Assembly: GCA_965198115.1 (NCBI GenBank)
Contig: OZ240241.1
Coordinates: forward strand, 6,784,001 to 6,848,000
Length of the DNA: 64,000 bases
DNA from: Candidatus Latescibacterota bacterium
GTDB lineage: Bacteria > Latescibacterota > UBA2968
Reading direction: 5' to 3'
Below, one piece after another: positions 49,656-59,323 of this stretch (position 1 is its first letter; each line of letters starts with the position of its first letter). Under the pieces are notes generated by a model that saw nothing but the letters and a program-made list of their open reading frames with translations, did not search any database and was not told the origin of the DNA. A program made the position numbers and the translations under genes.

Positions 49656-50370
49656 TACCGTCCGACATCCGGCAGAGCATCGTCTCGTTGCTGAACGGGT
49701 TCTTCCAGATGTTGTCCTGGCGCGCGTAGAGGTTGTCCTCGTGGCGATCCACGAAGCCCATGCCTGATACGTGTGTCACGTGTGCACCGGTGACGGAGAC
49801 GATCATGCTCGTCGAATGGGTCGGATAAAACATGGGCGACATGCCGAAGTAGCGTTCCCAATCTTCGCCGTGACGCCGCTTCGCCACGTTATACATCCCG
49901 TGGACATAGTCGTGATAGTACTCGGCCTCGCCGTAAACGATGTGGCCGAAGTCGCCAGCCTCATAGCGTGACCGACAGTAGATGGCGCAGGGATAGTAAT
50001 AGCTGGTCTCTCCGATCATATAGATGAGACACGTCTTTTCGACGGTCTTGACCAGCCTCGTGATTTCTTCGAGCGAAATGGCCGAAGGAACGGCGGAATA
50101 GACGTGTTTGCCGGCCTCCAGAACCTGAACGGCCTGGGGTCCGTGGAGATGGTGCTGGGTGATGATGGCGATGGCGTCGACGTCCATCGCGCAGAGGTCA
50201 TCGAGCGAGGGACAGAGGTCGGAAATCTCGAATTCTTCACTTTTGGATAACAGCTTCTCCTCATCCAGATCGCACAGGACGACGTTTTCGACTTGTGGAT
50301 GGTGTTTGAAAAGGGGGATAAAGGCCCGTGCGAAGGACCCAGCGCCGCATATGCCGACTCGAATGCCCAC
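49656..50370 (-). pseudogene. Gfo/Idh/MocA oxidoreductase, C-terminally truncated
   Basis: GICGAG, HGPQA..LEAGKHVYSAVP, GEAEYYH, YPTHS; family-like sequence stops after MSDG. Confidence 0.8.
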
Positions 50371-50394
50371 GTGATTTCTCGATCAGATGAAGAC

Positions 50395-50787
50395 CTAGCG
50401 CGACCAGAACGCCAGGGCTGAAATCAGGAAGCAGAATATCCACTGAGCCATTTTCAGCAGAGACCGGTCGACATCCCGGCCTGAGATCACGACGGTTACG
50501 AACCACACAATCCCACAGAGTCCGAAGTAAGCACCGATCACAGACAGTACTACCCGCTCGGCGGGAATCAGGTCGGTCAGGCCAATGGTGAGGAGAGTAG
50601 CCGATGCAAGAAGCAGGTCGACCGATACCCAATGCCAGCCACAGAGTGCCTGTAACCAAACTTCCAGAGGCTTTTCCGGATTCTCCGGCCTGATCAGGCC
50701 GAACTTTCGTCCGCCCACGAAGGCGTGGATGCCTACGGCAACGAGTGTCAAGGCACCTGCGACTGCTGCGAGTACATTCACGGACAA
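50395..50787 (-). CDS. Small four-helix membrane protein
   Basis: Four hydrophobic segments; HAFVGG, WHWVS, QW motifs. Confidence 0.7.
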   Translation of the reverse strand: MSVNVLAAVAGALTLVAVGIHAFVGGRKFGLIRPENPEKPLEVWLQALCGWHWVSVDLLLASATLLTIGLTDLIPAERVVLSVIGAYFGLCGIVWFVTVVISGRDVDRSLLKMAQWIFCFLISALAFWSR

Positions 50788-50796
50788 TTCTATTCG

Positions 50797-51156
50797 CTAA
50801 GGACGTTCGTGTCGAGGTTGGTAGACACCCAGTTTGCCGCCGCCGGGCAAGGTGAGGTGGGTCAGCAGGCCCCACCCCTGGTCGTCGACGGGTGTCGTCT
50901 TGATGTTCTGTTGTTCCATTTCTGCCGTGAAAGCTTCTACGTCGTCACACATCAGATAGAGTTCGTGATCCGTGTCCGCACTAGAGGGATGTAAGGCCAC
51001 CTCGGCCGGAGGAAGTCCGAAGATCAACCAGCCCTCACCGACGTCGACGTTCGGCAGTTTCAAAACGTCGCGGAAGAATGCCCGATCGGCTTCGACATCC
51101 GTCGTGTAGATGATGACGTGTGCACCGTTGATCATATCATCCCCAGTGTCTCTCAC
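50797..51156 (-). CDS. VOC-family (extradiol dioxygenase-like) protein
   Basis: GAHVIIY, HELYLMCDD, GWG..LPGGG.LGVYQP. Confidence 0.85.
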   Translation of the reverse strand: MRDTGDDMINGAHVIIYTTDVEADRAFFRDVLKLPNVDVGEGWLIFGLPPAEVALHPSSADTDHELYLMCDDVEAFTAEMEQQNIKTTPVDDQGWGLLTHLTLPGGGKLGVYQPRHERP

Positions 51157-51171
51157 GGCTGACTCCGATAG

Positions 51172-52124
51172 TCATGCCTCAGGCCACCGCTGAAAAGATG
51201 GGAGCGATTCGGCTGCGAGCCGCTCCCGCGCTCCGTGCCAAAGGGCCGTCCAGGCCTCTACGCCGGTCAGCACACTTTCCGGCTTCTTTCGACTACGGGC
51301 GACGAAGCCCGGGAACCAGGGCCTGCCGGTGGGCTCGCCGATCGGTTGGTAGCGCAGATCCACACTCCAACGAATGTCGCTGCTCAGGTTGGGCAACGAG
51401 GCGTGCATCGTGAGCTTTGTCAAGAACAGCACGTCGCCGGGTTGCATTTCGAGGATGACGCGCCGGTCACCAACCTGCTCATCGGGTATGGCCTGCCGGC
51501 TGTAGTTCGATCGCGGGTCGTGGCTGTGCGTGACGAGGCCATGCTTGTGGCTTCCCGGCGCGACCAGCAGACAGCCATTCTCCCGCGTGGCTTCGGTAAT
51601 GGCGATCCAAACGGTCAGGATTCGGCTCTCATCGGCTTCGGGCATCACAGTGGCGAGGTCCTGATGCCAGACGGTCTGGGCGATTTCGCCAATGATCGTG
51701 CATCCTGGTTGAGACAGTCCTCCGGCGGCTTGATCCGCACGTGCTGGGTCGGATTCGCGTAGATCTCCGAGCCGACGATCGCCTCGACAGCATCGAGCAG
51801 GCGCGGGTTGGTTAGCAGCCCAAAGACGGCCGAACCGCAGTGGACAGGTGTGTCGGCTGTGATACCCTTCTGCGGCAGACTGATGTCCAGATGGTTGATC
51901 AGTGTTCCCCCCGTTTCCCTGACGAGGGCGCAGAAGCGCTGACCGAACGGCAGGCTCGAATACACTGAGGAAACGGTGCCGTCTGAATGGAGTCGAGTCG
52001 CTACCGTTCCCAGTAGTGACCCGTACTCCCGGCGAAGCGGTCTGAGGTCACGCTGCGGATCGAGGAGACCGCGCAAGACCAGGTAGCCTTCCTCGGCGAA
52101 GCGGGCGCGTGCAGCCTTATCCAC
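51172..52124 (-). pseudogene. PhyH-family dioxygenase, frameshift near 51695
   Basis: FAEEGYLV, HVRIKPP, WHQD, NGCL..PGSH, HASLPN.S..RWS.D.RY. Confidence 0.8.
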
Positions 52125-52191
52125 AGATCTCCATCTTTTTTCCCCACGGTGATCGCTGTTTCACTGGCTTGGTCAGCCAGTCACTCAATTA

Positions 52192-53485
52192 GGATTTGCC
52201 ACGAAATAAGTGCTGCACTTTTCAAGGTAATGATCTTACGCTCGGAGTGTGGACGTCGAAACTCTCCGAACGAAGTATGAAGCCTTGGCTCCGGTGCTGA
52301 CGGAACGCACGCGTCGTCTGTGGGCCGCCACGGAAGCCGAAGCGTTGGGTCACGGTGGGATCGCGATTGTGGCTCTGGCGACAGGAATGTCCAGAGAGCG
52401 GATCTTTCGTGGCATTCAGGAGTTGAGGTCGGACGAACCTTTGGACCCGGCTCGCATCCGGCGTCCAGGCGGCGGTCGTAAGCGGAAGGCCGACACGGAC
52501 CCGACGCTGTGGCAGGACCTGAATGATCTGGTCGAGCCAACGACTGCGGGGTCGCCTGACGACAATCCTCTGAGATGGACATCGAAGAGCACTCGCAAAC
52601 TGGCCGCCGAGTTGCAAGCGATGGGGCATTCGGTGAGCCCCAGGATCGTTGCCAATCTCCTGCACGAACACGATTACACGCTGCAGGCGAATCGGAAGAC
52701 AAGGGAGGGATCTGCACACCCGGATCGGGACGCTCAGTTCGTTTACCTCGATGATCGGATTAGCCAGCAGCAGCAGCAGGGCCTTCCCGTTATCTCGGTG
52801 GACACCAAGAAGAAAGAGTTGATCGGCGACTTCAAGAATCCTGGCCGAGAATGGCGACCCAAGGGAGACCCGGAGCGTGTGAAGGTACACGATTTCATAG
52901 TGCCTGCTCAGGGCAAGGCGATCCCTTATGGAGTGTATGATCTGAGCCGTGATGAAGGCTGGGTAAGTGTCGGTATCGATCACGACACGGCCAGCTTCGC
53001 CGTGAATGCGATCCGAAGTTGGTGGAAGAACATGGGACGGCCCGCCTACGGCACTTCGACGCATCTGCTAATCACGGCGGACGCAGGCGGCAGCAACGGC
53101 GCCAAGACGCGGCTGTGGAAGTGGGAGCTGCAGCGCTTTGCGAATCGCACTGGCCTGACGATCACCGTATGCCACTACCCTCCTGGCACTAGTAAGTGGA
53201 ACAAGATCGAACATCGCCTGTTCTCCTTCATCGCTATGAACTGGCGAGGCAAGCCCCTGGTCAGCCTGGCTGCAACCGTGAATCTCATTGCCGGAACGAC
53301 CACTCAAGCCGGTCTCCGAGTACGCTCCGAGATCGACAAGCGACCCTACCCTAACGGGGTCAAGGTGACCGATGAACAGATGACCCAAATCGATCTCACT
53401 CCGCACGATTTCCACGGCGACTGGAACTACACGATCCGGCCAATGGCTCAACATTGAGATCGACCGTTTATTTATTCGCGAACCC
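52192..53485 (+). mobile_element. Complete ISAzo13-family insertion sequence
   Basis: IRL GGATTTGCCACGAAATAA vs reverse-complemented IRR GGGTTCGCGAATAAATAA (13/18); TTA duplicated at 52189-52191 and 53486-53488. Confidence 0.85.
52249..53457 (+). CDS. ISAzo13-family (Rhodopirellula-type DDE) transposase
   Basis: ISVDTKKKELIG, TADAGGSN, PPGTSKWNKIEHRLFS, FHGDWNYTI. Confidence 0.95.
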   Translation: MDVETLRTKYEALAPVLTERTRRLWAATEAEALGHGGIAIVALATGMSRERIFRGIQELRSDEPLDPARIRRPGGGRKRKADTDPTLWQDLNDLVEPTTAGSPDDNPLRWTSKSTRKLAAELQAMGHSVSPRIVANLLHEHDYTLQANRKTREGSAHPDRDAQFVYLDDRISQQQQQGLPVISVDTKKKELIGDFKNPGREWRPKGDPERVKVHDFIVPAQGKAIPYGVYDLSRDEGWVSVGIDHDTASFAVNAIRSWWKNMGRPAYGTSTHLLITADAGGSNGAKTRLWKWELQRFANRTGLTITVCHYPPGTSKWNKIEHRLFSFIAMNWRGKPLVSLAATVNLIAGTTTQAGLRVRSEIDKRPYPNGVKVTDEQMTQIDLTPHDFHGDWNYTIRPMAQH

Positions 53486-53842
53486 TTAGCGGTTGGACAA
53501 CTGCAGGACGTTCCCGTCAGGATCCTTGAAATCACAGCTCTCGTAATCGGACATCGACTGGAGTTTTCCCATCCTCACACCGAGTCCAGCAAGCCGATCA
53601 CGCCATTCGGACACATTGTCAACCACGAACACAAGCTTGTTCCGGTTTCTTTCGAGACATCCCGGTTTCGAAGCTCGATGAATGCCGATTTCAAGACCTC
53701 CTTTCCCGAGTTGGACCCATCCCTCCGGATCGTAGTCCATGGCTTCCGGGGGTTCGAGGACCGACATCCCCATGGCGTCTCGGTAAAAGGAGACCATCTC
53801 CGCAACCTGGTTCGTGAAGTAGATATAACGTGCTGTAGTCAT
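53486..53842 (-). CDS. VOC-family protein
   Basis: FYRDAMG, FKDPDGNVLQL. Confidence 0.8.
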   Translation of the reverse strand: MTTARYIYFTNQVAEMVSFYRDAMGMSVLEPPEAMDYDPEGWVQLGKGGLEIGIHRASKPGCLERNRNKLVFVVDNVSEWRDRLAGLGVRMGKLQSMSDYESCDFKDPDGNVLQLSNR

Positions 53843-53902
53843 TCTTGGCCCTGTCGTCGCTTTTCTGTCCGGCTACTCGCAGTCCTCTTTTAGCAAAAGA
53901 CA

Positions 53903-54346
53903 TCACTCCGGTTCAAGCATCGCTTTCAGGTTCTCCCCCTCCTCACGCATATGTTGACGCACAGCATCGAACTCTCGCCGATTGAGCCAGGCACCTAGTG
54001 GCCCTGTTCTGACATAGATTTCAGCGGTGACTCGAACACCATCATCCTCGGGGTCAATCTGGAAACTCATTCGCGGAAGAAACAATCGAAGCAAGCGATT
54101 CTTGAAAGTGAACTCGATGTGCCGTCCTGGAACGAGGTGGGTGAACACCACTCTCTTTTTCATCAGTTTTCCACCGATTGTCTCCTCGAAATAGAACTCG
54201 ACGCCCTCGTGCAATCCTCGGCCACGCTCCCAGCGAAACAACCGGTGAGCTGGATGCCATTCCAGGTAGTGGTTCTCCATACTTTCGAAGAATGCGGAGA
54301 CGCTTTCCGCCGAGGTGCGGATCCAAACAGAGTCTACAAGCTGCAA
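53903..54346 (-). CDS. SRPBCC-family protein
   Basis: YLEWHP.H, C-terminal helix HMREEGENLK. Confidence 0.7.
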   Translation of the reverse strand: MQLVDSVWIRTSAESVSAFFESMENHYLEWHPAHRLFRWERGRGLHEGVEFYFEETIGGKLMKKRVVFTHLVPGRHIEFTFKNRLLRLFLPRMSFQIDPEDDGVRVTAEIYVRTGPLGAWLNRREFDAVRQHMREEGENLKAMLEPE

Positions 54347-54376
54347 AGGGAATCTCCGTGCAGTCCAGCATCGCGT

Positions 54377-55651
54377 TCAGTTCTGTTCGTTCAACCATTC
54401 GATGTTGAATCGTGCGACGCTGATCTTGTCCCGATCTCTCTGGACTCCGTTGGTGTAAATGCAAAGGATCGTGCCATCGTTCGTTGCGGCGAGATCGCTG
54501 TATCGCGAAAGATTACCGTCAATGGGTCGAAATGAATGCCACGAGGCGCTTTCGTCGCGGCTCAGAGCGATGGTCATCTGACGTGCTTCCCCCTGCGGAC
54601 TCGAAAAGAGAACCGTGTCACCGTATCGGATCAGGCCGGCGTGGAGCCGCGGGTCAGGAAGGTCCACGTGCTGACCGATCTCGTAAAAGGTCCGTCCTCC
54701 GTCGACGCTCCTGGCGAAGTGACGCTTGCCAGTGAACTTCGTGTTCATCCGGTGGCTGAGGTAAATTTCGCCCTGGCCTCCCGTTTCGACGAGGCTTACC
54801 TCGTCGGATCCGTCTCTTAGCACTGCCCCTGCCTTCCACGTGCCGGCGTGATCATCGCTGTAGAGGAGACCGCCTCGGACGCCAGGTGCCTGACCCGGCT
54901 CTCCATCCTTGAAGAGAAAAGCGGGCATGACCAATCGACCTGCGTGAGTCCCGGACACGAGCTGGATTCCGTGGACACAGTTGTTCGGCCATCCCACCCA
55001 GCCCTCACTGTTGGGCTCCGGGAGAACGTGGAACGGTTCGGACCACGTCTTGCCCTCATCATTGCTCTTCAGCATCCAGAAGCCGCCGACCTCCTTCGCG
55101 TACATGCCGAAGTACCCCAGATCGTCTTCGATATCGGCTGGCATCTTCCAGAAGGTCACGAACACGGTCGTTGTTTCGCGATCCTCAAAGATGGATCCAA
55201 GGATGGTTGCGACACCTTCCTCCTCGAAGATGACGGTCTGTGGTGACCACGTCCGTGCATCGTCTTCGCTCCGGGACAGCAGGATGTCGATCTTGTTGCC
55301 GCAATCCGAGGTCGAGTGGTGTCGTTTCTGACAGACAGCAATGGCCGTTCCCTTCGACGTGACGATCAGTCCTGGGAGATGGAGCGAGAAGCCGTCGATG
55401 TCATTGTGACGGCTGGCTCCGGGCAGATCGACCGACGCTTCGGGTCCGGGAAGTGGACCCCGATGGCCTTCCACGCGAAGTCGAACAAGAATCTGACTGG
55501 GATCGTTCGTGCTTCGATAGGCTGATACATCCACATCGTCCGCGGGAACCCATTGGTAGGCAGGGGCCTCGGTCAGGCTGTCGCCTTGTCCGGGGAGGAA
55601 CACGTCGACCTTGTCGTGGAAGGGCTTATTCAAGGGGCGAACCCGATTCAA
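54377..55651 (-). CDS. GH33-like sialidase family protein
   Basis: Asp boxes SEDDARTW, SNDEGKTW, SDDHAGTW, SVDGGRTF, SRDESASW; GRLVMP, DE, YSDL. Confidence 0.85.
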   Translation of the reverse strand: MNRVRPLNKPFHDKVDVFLPGQGDSLTEAPAYQWVPADDVDVSAYRSTNDPSQILVRLRVEGHRGPLPGPEASVDLPGASRHNDIDGFSLHLPGLIVTSKGTAIAVCQKRHHSTSDCGNKIDILLSRSEDDARTWSPQTVIFEEEGVATILGSIFEDRETTTVFVTFWKMPADIEDDLGYFGMYAKEVGGFWMLKSNDEGKTWSEPFHVLPEPNSEGWVGWPNNCVHGIQLVSGTHAGRLVMPAFLFKDGEPGQAPGVRGGLLYSDDHAGTWKAGAVLRDGSDEVSLVETGGQGEIYLSHRMNTKFTGKRHFARSVDGGRTFYEIGQHVDLPDPRLHAGLIRYGDTVLFSSPQGEARQMTIALSRDESASWHSFRPIDGNLSRYSDLAATNDGTILCIYTNGVQRDRDKISVARFNIEWLNEQN

Positions 55652-56607
55652 TAGTTCGTGTAATATTCCTGCACACCTGAAGGGAGACCCTCCAGAAAGT
55701 CCGGCTTCCAGCTGTCATCGTAGACATCGATGAATCGTTGATAGAAATCACGAGCGTCTGGTGAGCAGCCATCCAAATAGCCTGGCTTTCTGAACCAAGG
55801 CTGGTAGGAAGGAACGTAGCCAGTTCGATGCGCCATGGTCTCAACCGTTGCTGGACGAGGATCGGAGACGCGGTTGAACGTGACCGCGATTGTTCGACGC
55901 AGGACACCGGCTTCATATGTGCCGCGGTGAAGTGAATTGACGTGGAAGAATGCGGCGTCTCCCGGTTCTAGAGGGAGCTGACACGCATTCGGCATGTCTT
56001 CGGAGTGCGGGTCCTCGGTCCGAATACGGCTCTCCTCAGGCGTATCCACGCGGATGTGCGAGCCGGGCACGACCTGGGAGGCCGAGGTCGAGGCGAGCGG
56101 GATGTGCATGTGAATCTCGCGCGGAGGGTCGCCCTCACGGACGATCAGATCGTTCATGTCTTCGCCGGTCCACCTCGCGGTGAACTGGCAGTCACGGTGC
56201 CAGTTTGTCGGACGTGTCTCCGACGGATCGATGTAGTAGTTGATTTGCGTGTGGACCACGGGCTCTCGGAAGACGTCGTCAAGGATCTCGACGACGATCG
56301 GATCGGCGACCGCATTCAATAGATCGGCCAGACCTTCGGGGCGCTGGTGATGGTAACGGGGGTGGTTCAGGTGAAGCATGATCCAGGCGTCAGGCTTCTG
56401 GCAATAGCCGCCAGGCTCCCCCTCCGGCGTGCTCTCCCGGCGCCACTGATCGAGGGCAGCGTCGCAGGTGGTTCGAAGCGCCTCGATCACACCCGCATCG
56501 AAGAGGCTGTGAAACATGAGGTAACCATCCCGAATCCATCTTTCAGTGTGATCCGCCACGTCAGCTCCGACTTCAGATCTGGTGTTGGGCACCACGAAGG
56601 GAGACAC
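55648..56607 (-). CDS. PhyH-family dioxygenase
   Basis: WIRDGY, WHRD, VVPGSH, PGDA.FF..LHRG; stop overlaps the sialidase start. Confidence 0.85.
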   Translation of the reverse strand: MSPFVVPNTRSEVGADVADHTERWIRDGYLMFHSLFDAGVIEALRTTCDAALDQWRRESTPEGEPGGYCQKPDAWIMLHLNHPRYHHQRPEGLADLLNAVADPIVVEILDDVFREPVVHTQINYYIDPSETRPTNWHRDCQFTARWTGEDMNDLIVREGDPPREIHMHIPLASTSASQVVPGSHIRVDTPEESRIRTEDPHSEDMPNACQLPLEPGDAAFFHVNSLHRGTYEAGVLRRTIAVTFNRVSDPRPATVETMAHRTGYVPSYQPWFRKPGYLDGCSPDARDFYQRFIDVYDDSWKPDFLEGLPSGVQEYYTNY

Positions 56608-59262
56608 CGGGATCGTGAAGATAGTGTCCGGTGCTCCAGTGGTTGTCGTGTCCTCGGACGGCGTTCGAGGCCGTGATCGGGAAGACCGCCTCTAGATTCG
56701 ATTCGTTCAGGAAGGTTCGAGCATCTGCCGGATTGCCGAACAGCGGGACCAACCAGCGCGCGTGTGTGCAGTACGCGAACAGCTCGGATTCGTAAACCTC
56801 GATTCCATCGACGCCGGCGTCAGCCAAACCGATCGCGCGTCGGAGGCCCACGGTCGGCGCGTAACCGGGACCCTTCAGCACCTCACCTGCCACGACCCGA
56901 GACAGATCCCGCGTCGCGGTCGTTCCGTTGACGCCTCCGAAGACGACGATGCCGTGTTGACGACACCGTTCGACGTAGGGTCCGACATCGTGGCTTCCGA
57001 GATCGGCGCAGTCACCGCCTCGATTCTCAAGCGGATCGAGCTGAAGCTCGTCGATCAATTCCTCCTCGATCCAGGTCTCGATATCCATCCCCATTGCCGT
57101 GTTGAAATAGAATCCTTCAGAAGGCACTCTGGCGACGATCGGTACCCGATGACCGGTTTCCTTTTCGAGTTCCGTCATTGCCCGTCGAACCTCGCGCATG
57201 AATCGCGTCGTCCCGTGCTCGCACCGCCACTTCAGCCAGGCCGTGTGTCTTTCTCCGTCAGACAAGCCGAGTGACAGGGGATCAATGCCGGTTTCTTCTT
57301 CGTACTGTTTCAGAATGTCCGGATGATAGCCGGCGTGAGGTGGCTGCCTGCACCATCCGAGGACCAGACCGTCGGGTGCAAATCGGGAAGACTCAAGTAT
57401 GATGTCGAGTCGTTCGCTGCGCGTTTCCTCGAAGTGATACTCGACACGGCTTCCATCGAGAGTGCCGTCTCTATTGCACAAGAGCAGCTCCGGATGCGAG
57501 CGCACCCACGGCGACGTGTGCGACCAGCCACGAGCACCCGCGTAGTGGCGGTTCATGCCCAGCCAGTTGTAGATCTGCGTGTCGTGATGCGCCCTTCGCT
57601 CCAACGGATAGCCAAGGGCGTCGAAGTCTTGGACCATTCGTTCGACGGCAGCCAGATTCGGAGGTTTTCCAGCGTTTCTTCCGGAATCGGATGGCAGGGA
57701 TATTGGGAGGCGCGGGGAAGCTTGCTTTCATACGTCACCCACGAACGTCCGATCGCCCACGCCTCGCTCGATAGGCCAACCTCGCGCTGGCCGGCCAGGA
57801 TCGTGTCGAACTGATCTTCTTCGAGGTAGGACGTCTGGAATCCCGAGCCCAAGAAATAGACCCACCAGTCGCTCACGCCTCGTAGGGGAAGCGGAGGGTT
57901 TCTCACCCCTGCCTGGAAACGGTCCAGCGACTCGGAACCGATCGGTATGAGCCGGAGCCCCCCGATCGCGGCATCATCCTGAGCGCCAAATACTTCGATG
58001 GCTGAGTTCGTCATATCGCGGGCGCAGACGAACGCCGGGCCGAGACCGACTGGATCACCCGATATGTGCCTTGGGGCGACCGCCCGGATCAGTCCATCGC
58101 CGCAGCTGATGTGGATGGGTCCGATCGCTTCGAGGTAGATGGCGTAGGCCCCGTTCAACTCGAATGGTAGGGCCAGCCTCCGGTTCGGCGTGAAGCCGTC
58201 GCAGCGCAAAATCGAGCGATCGTCAGGTGTTGTTTCGACGATTTCCGAAAACTCCGTTGGAAGGTCGACGTCTTCCCACGAATCGACATCCCATTCCGGG
58301 CGGCTGTCGTCTCTGACGAGTGCGAAGGGGGCGAGGGGTGAGATCATCACGCTTTTCGAGTCCGGTGGTCGTCTCCGGTAGGTGATGGTCGGGCCTTCGT
58401 AGGAGACGCCGTTGGTCGAGGGTTGTAGCTCGAACGAATATTCGTCCGGGGGCCAATCGGTGACGTCGATCGCCATCTCCTCCCACTCTGCTGACACGGT
58501 CACTTCCTGGGGAGCCAGACAGGTTTCGCTTTCCCCGTTGATACCAGTCAGGATTCCGTCGATGGGTGACAGTTCAGGCGAGTCCTGGCGCAGTCTGTAT
58601 CGGATGCGGACATCGTCTCGATCGATCAACACGCCTTCTCCGAGCCTGATATCGATCGGCGGGTCCATGGGGCGTCCACTGAATTCGAAGGGCTTCCAGG
58701 TTTCGCCCTCGGGAATCCACCCGTCGGTGTAGGGCACACGTTCTTCAGTTCCGAGGAAGAACCATTCGACGTCCTGGTCCTGTGTGCAGCCCTGATGGAG
58801 CTCGTATCGGACGTTAGGGGAGGCTTTGTCGTCGGGGGGACCAACGAATGCGGATATGACAAGCCGATACCCTCTACGGTAAACGACGCCCGCCTCGTAC
58901 TCGTAGACCGCAGGAACGGAAAGCGGACCTATATCGAACTCTGTCGAGCCCGTAGGTCTGATCTGCTGGGTTTCCGATCCGACTCGGCCATCAGGGGCAA
59001 ACCTCTCCAACACGACAAACCAGGGATCGTCGCCTACGGCATCAAACGCGACCGTGAGATAGTTAGGCCTGCCAGGGTAAGCGTAGAGACGTCTGCTTGG
59101 ACCAGACAGTCGTGTTCCGTTCAGTGAGATGATGGGATTCGCCGTTTTGTTCACTGCTATTCCCGCTTGCCCGAGAAACGTGACTGCCAGCTCGTTGGTA
59201 CATGACAACTCGAGGGGTCGCACACGCCGATCACTGCCCGGGGCGCTGCCGCGCGACCCCAA
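56573..59262 (-). pseudogene. Large multidomain protein with a GHL10-like C-terminal domain, frameshift near 57662; start uncertain
   Basis: WLGMN, HPEL, DGL.L..CR.PP..GYHP, GMDIETWIEEELID; one C missing in aacctccg. Confidence 0.55.
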
Positions 59263-59323
59263 GGGCCGACTATCGTGGTGCCCATCGAATCCACAACCCC
59301 AAAACGCGTTGTGTCTCCGTACT

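Noticed and set aside
50395-54346. Integron cassette array of short genes
   Set aside because: No attC-like RYYYAAC...GTTRRRY structures recognised between the genes and no integrase in the window.
1313-56607. PhyH copies as Fe/2OG halogenases
   Set aside because: All ten retain a carboxylate (HxD or HxE); halogenases have Ala or Gly at that position.
6755-57662. Programmed frameshifting or phase variation as a common mechanism
   Set aside because: The shift sites share no slippery motif and most runs are only 3-4 nt; only the G8 at 27560 is long enough, and error or decay is more parsimonious.
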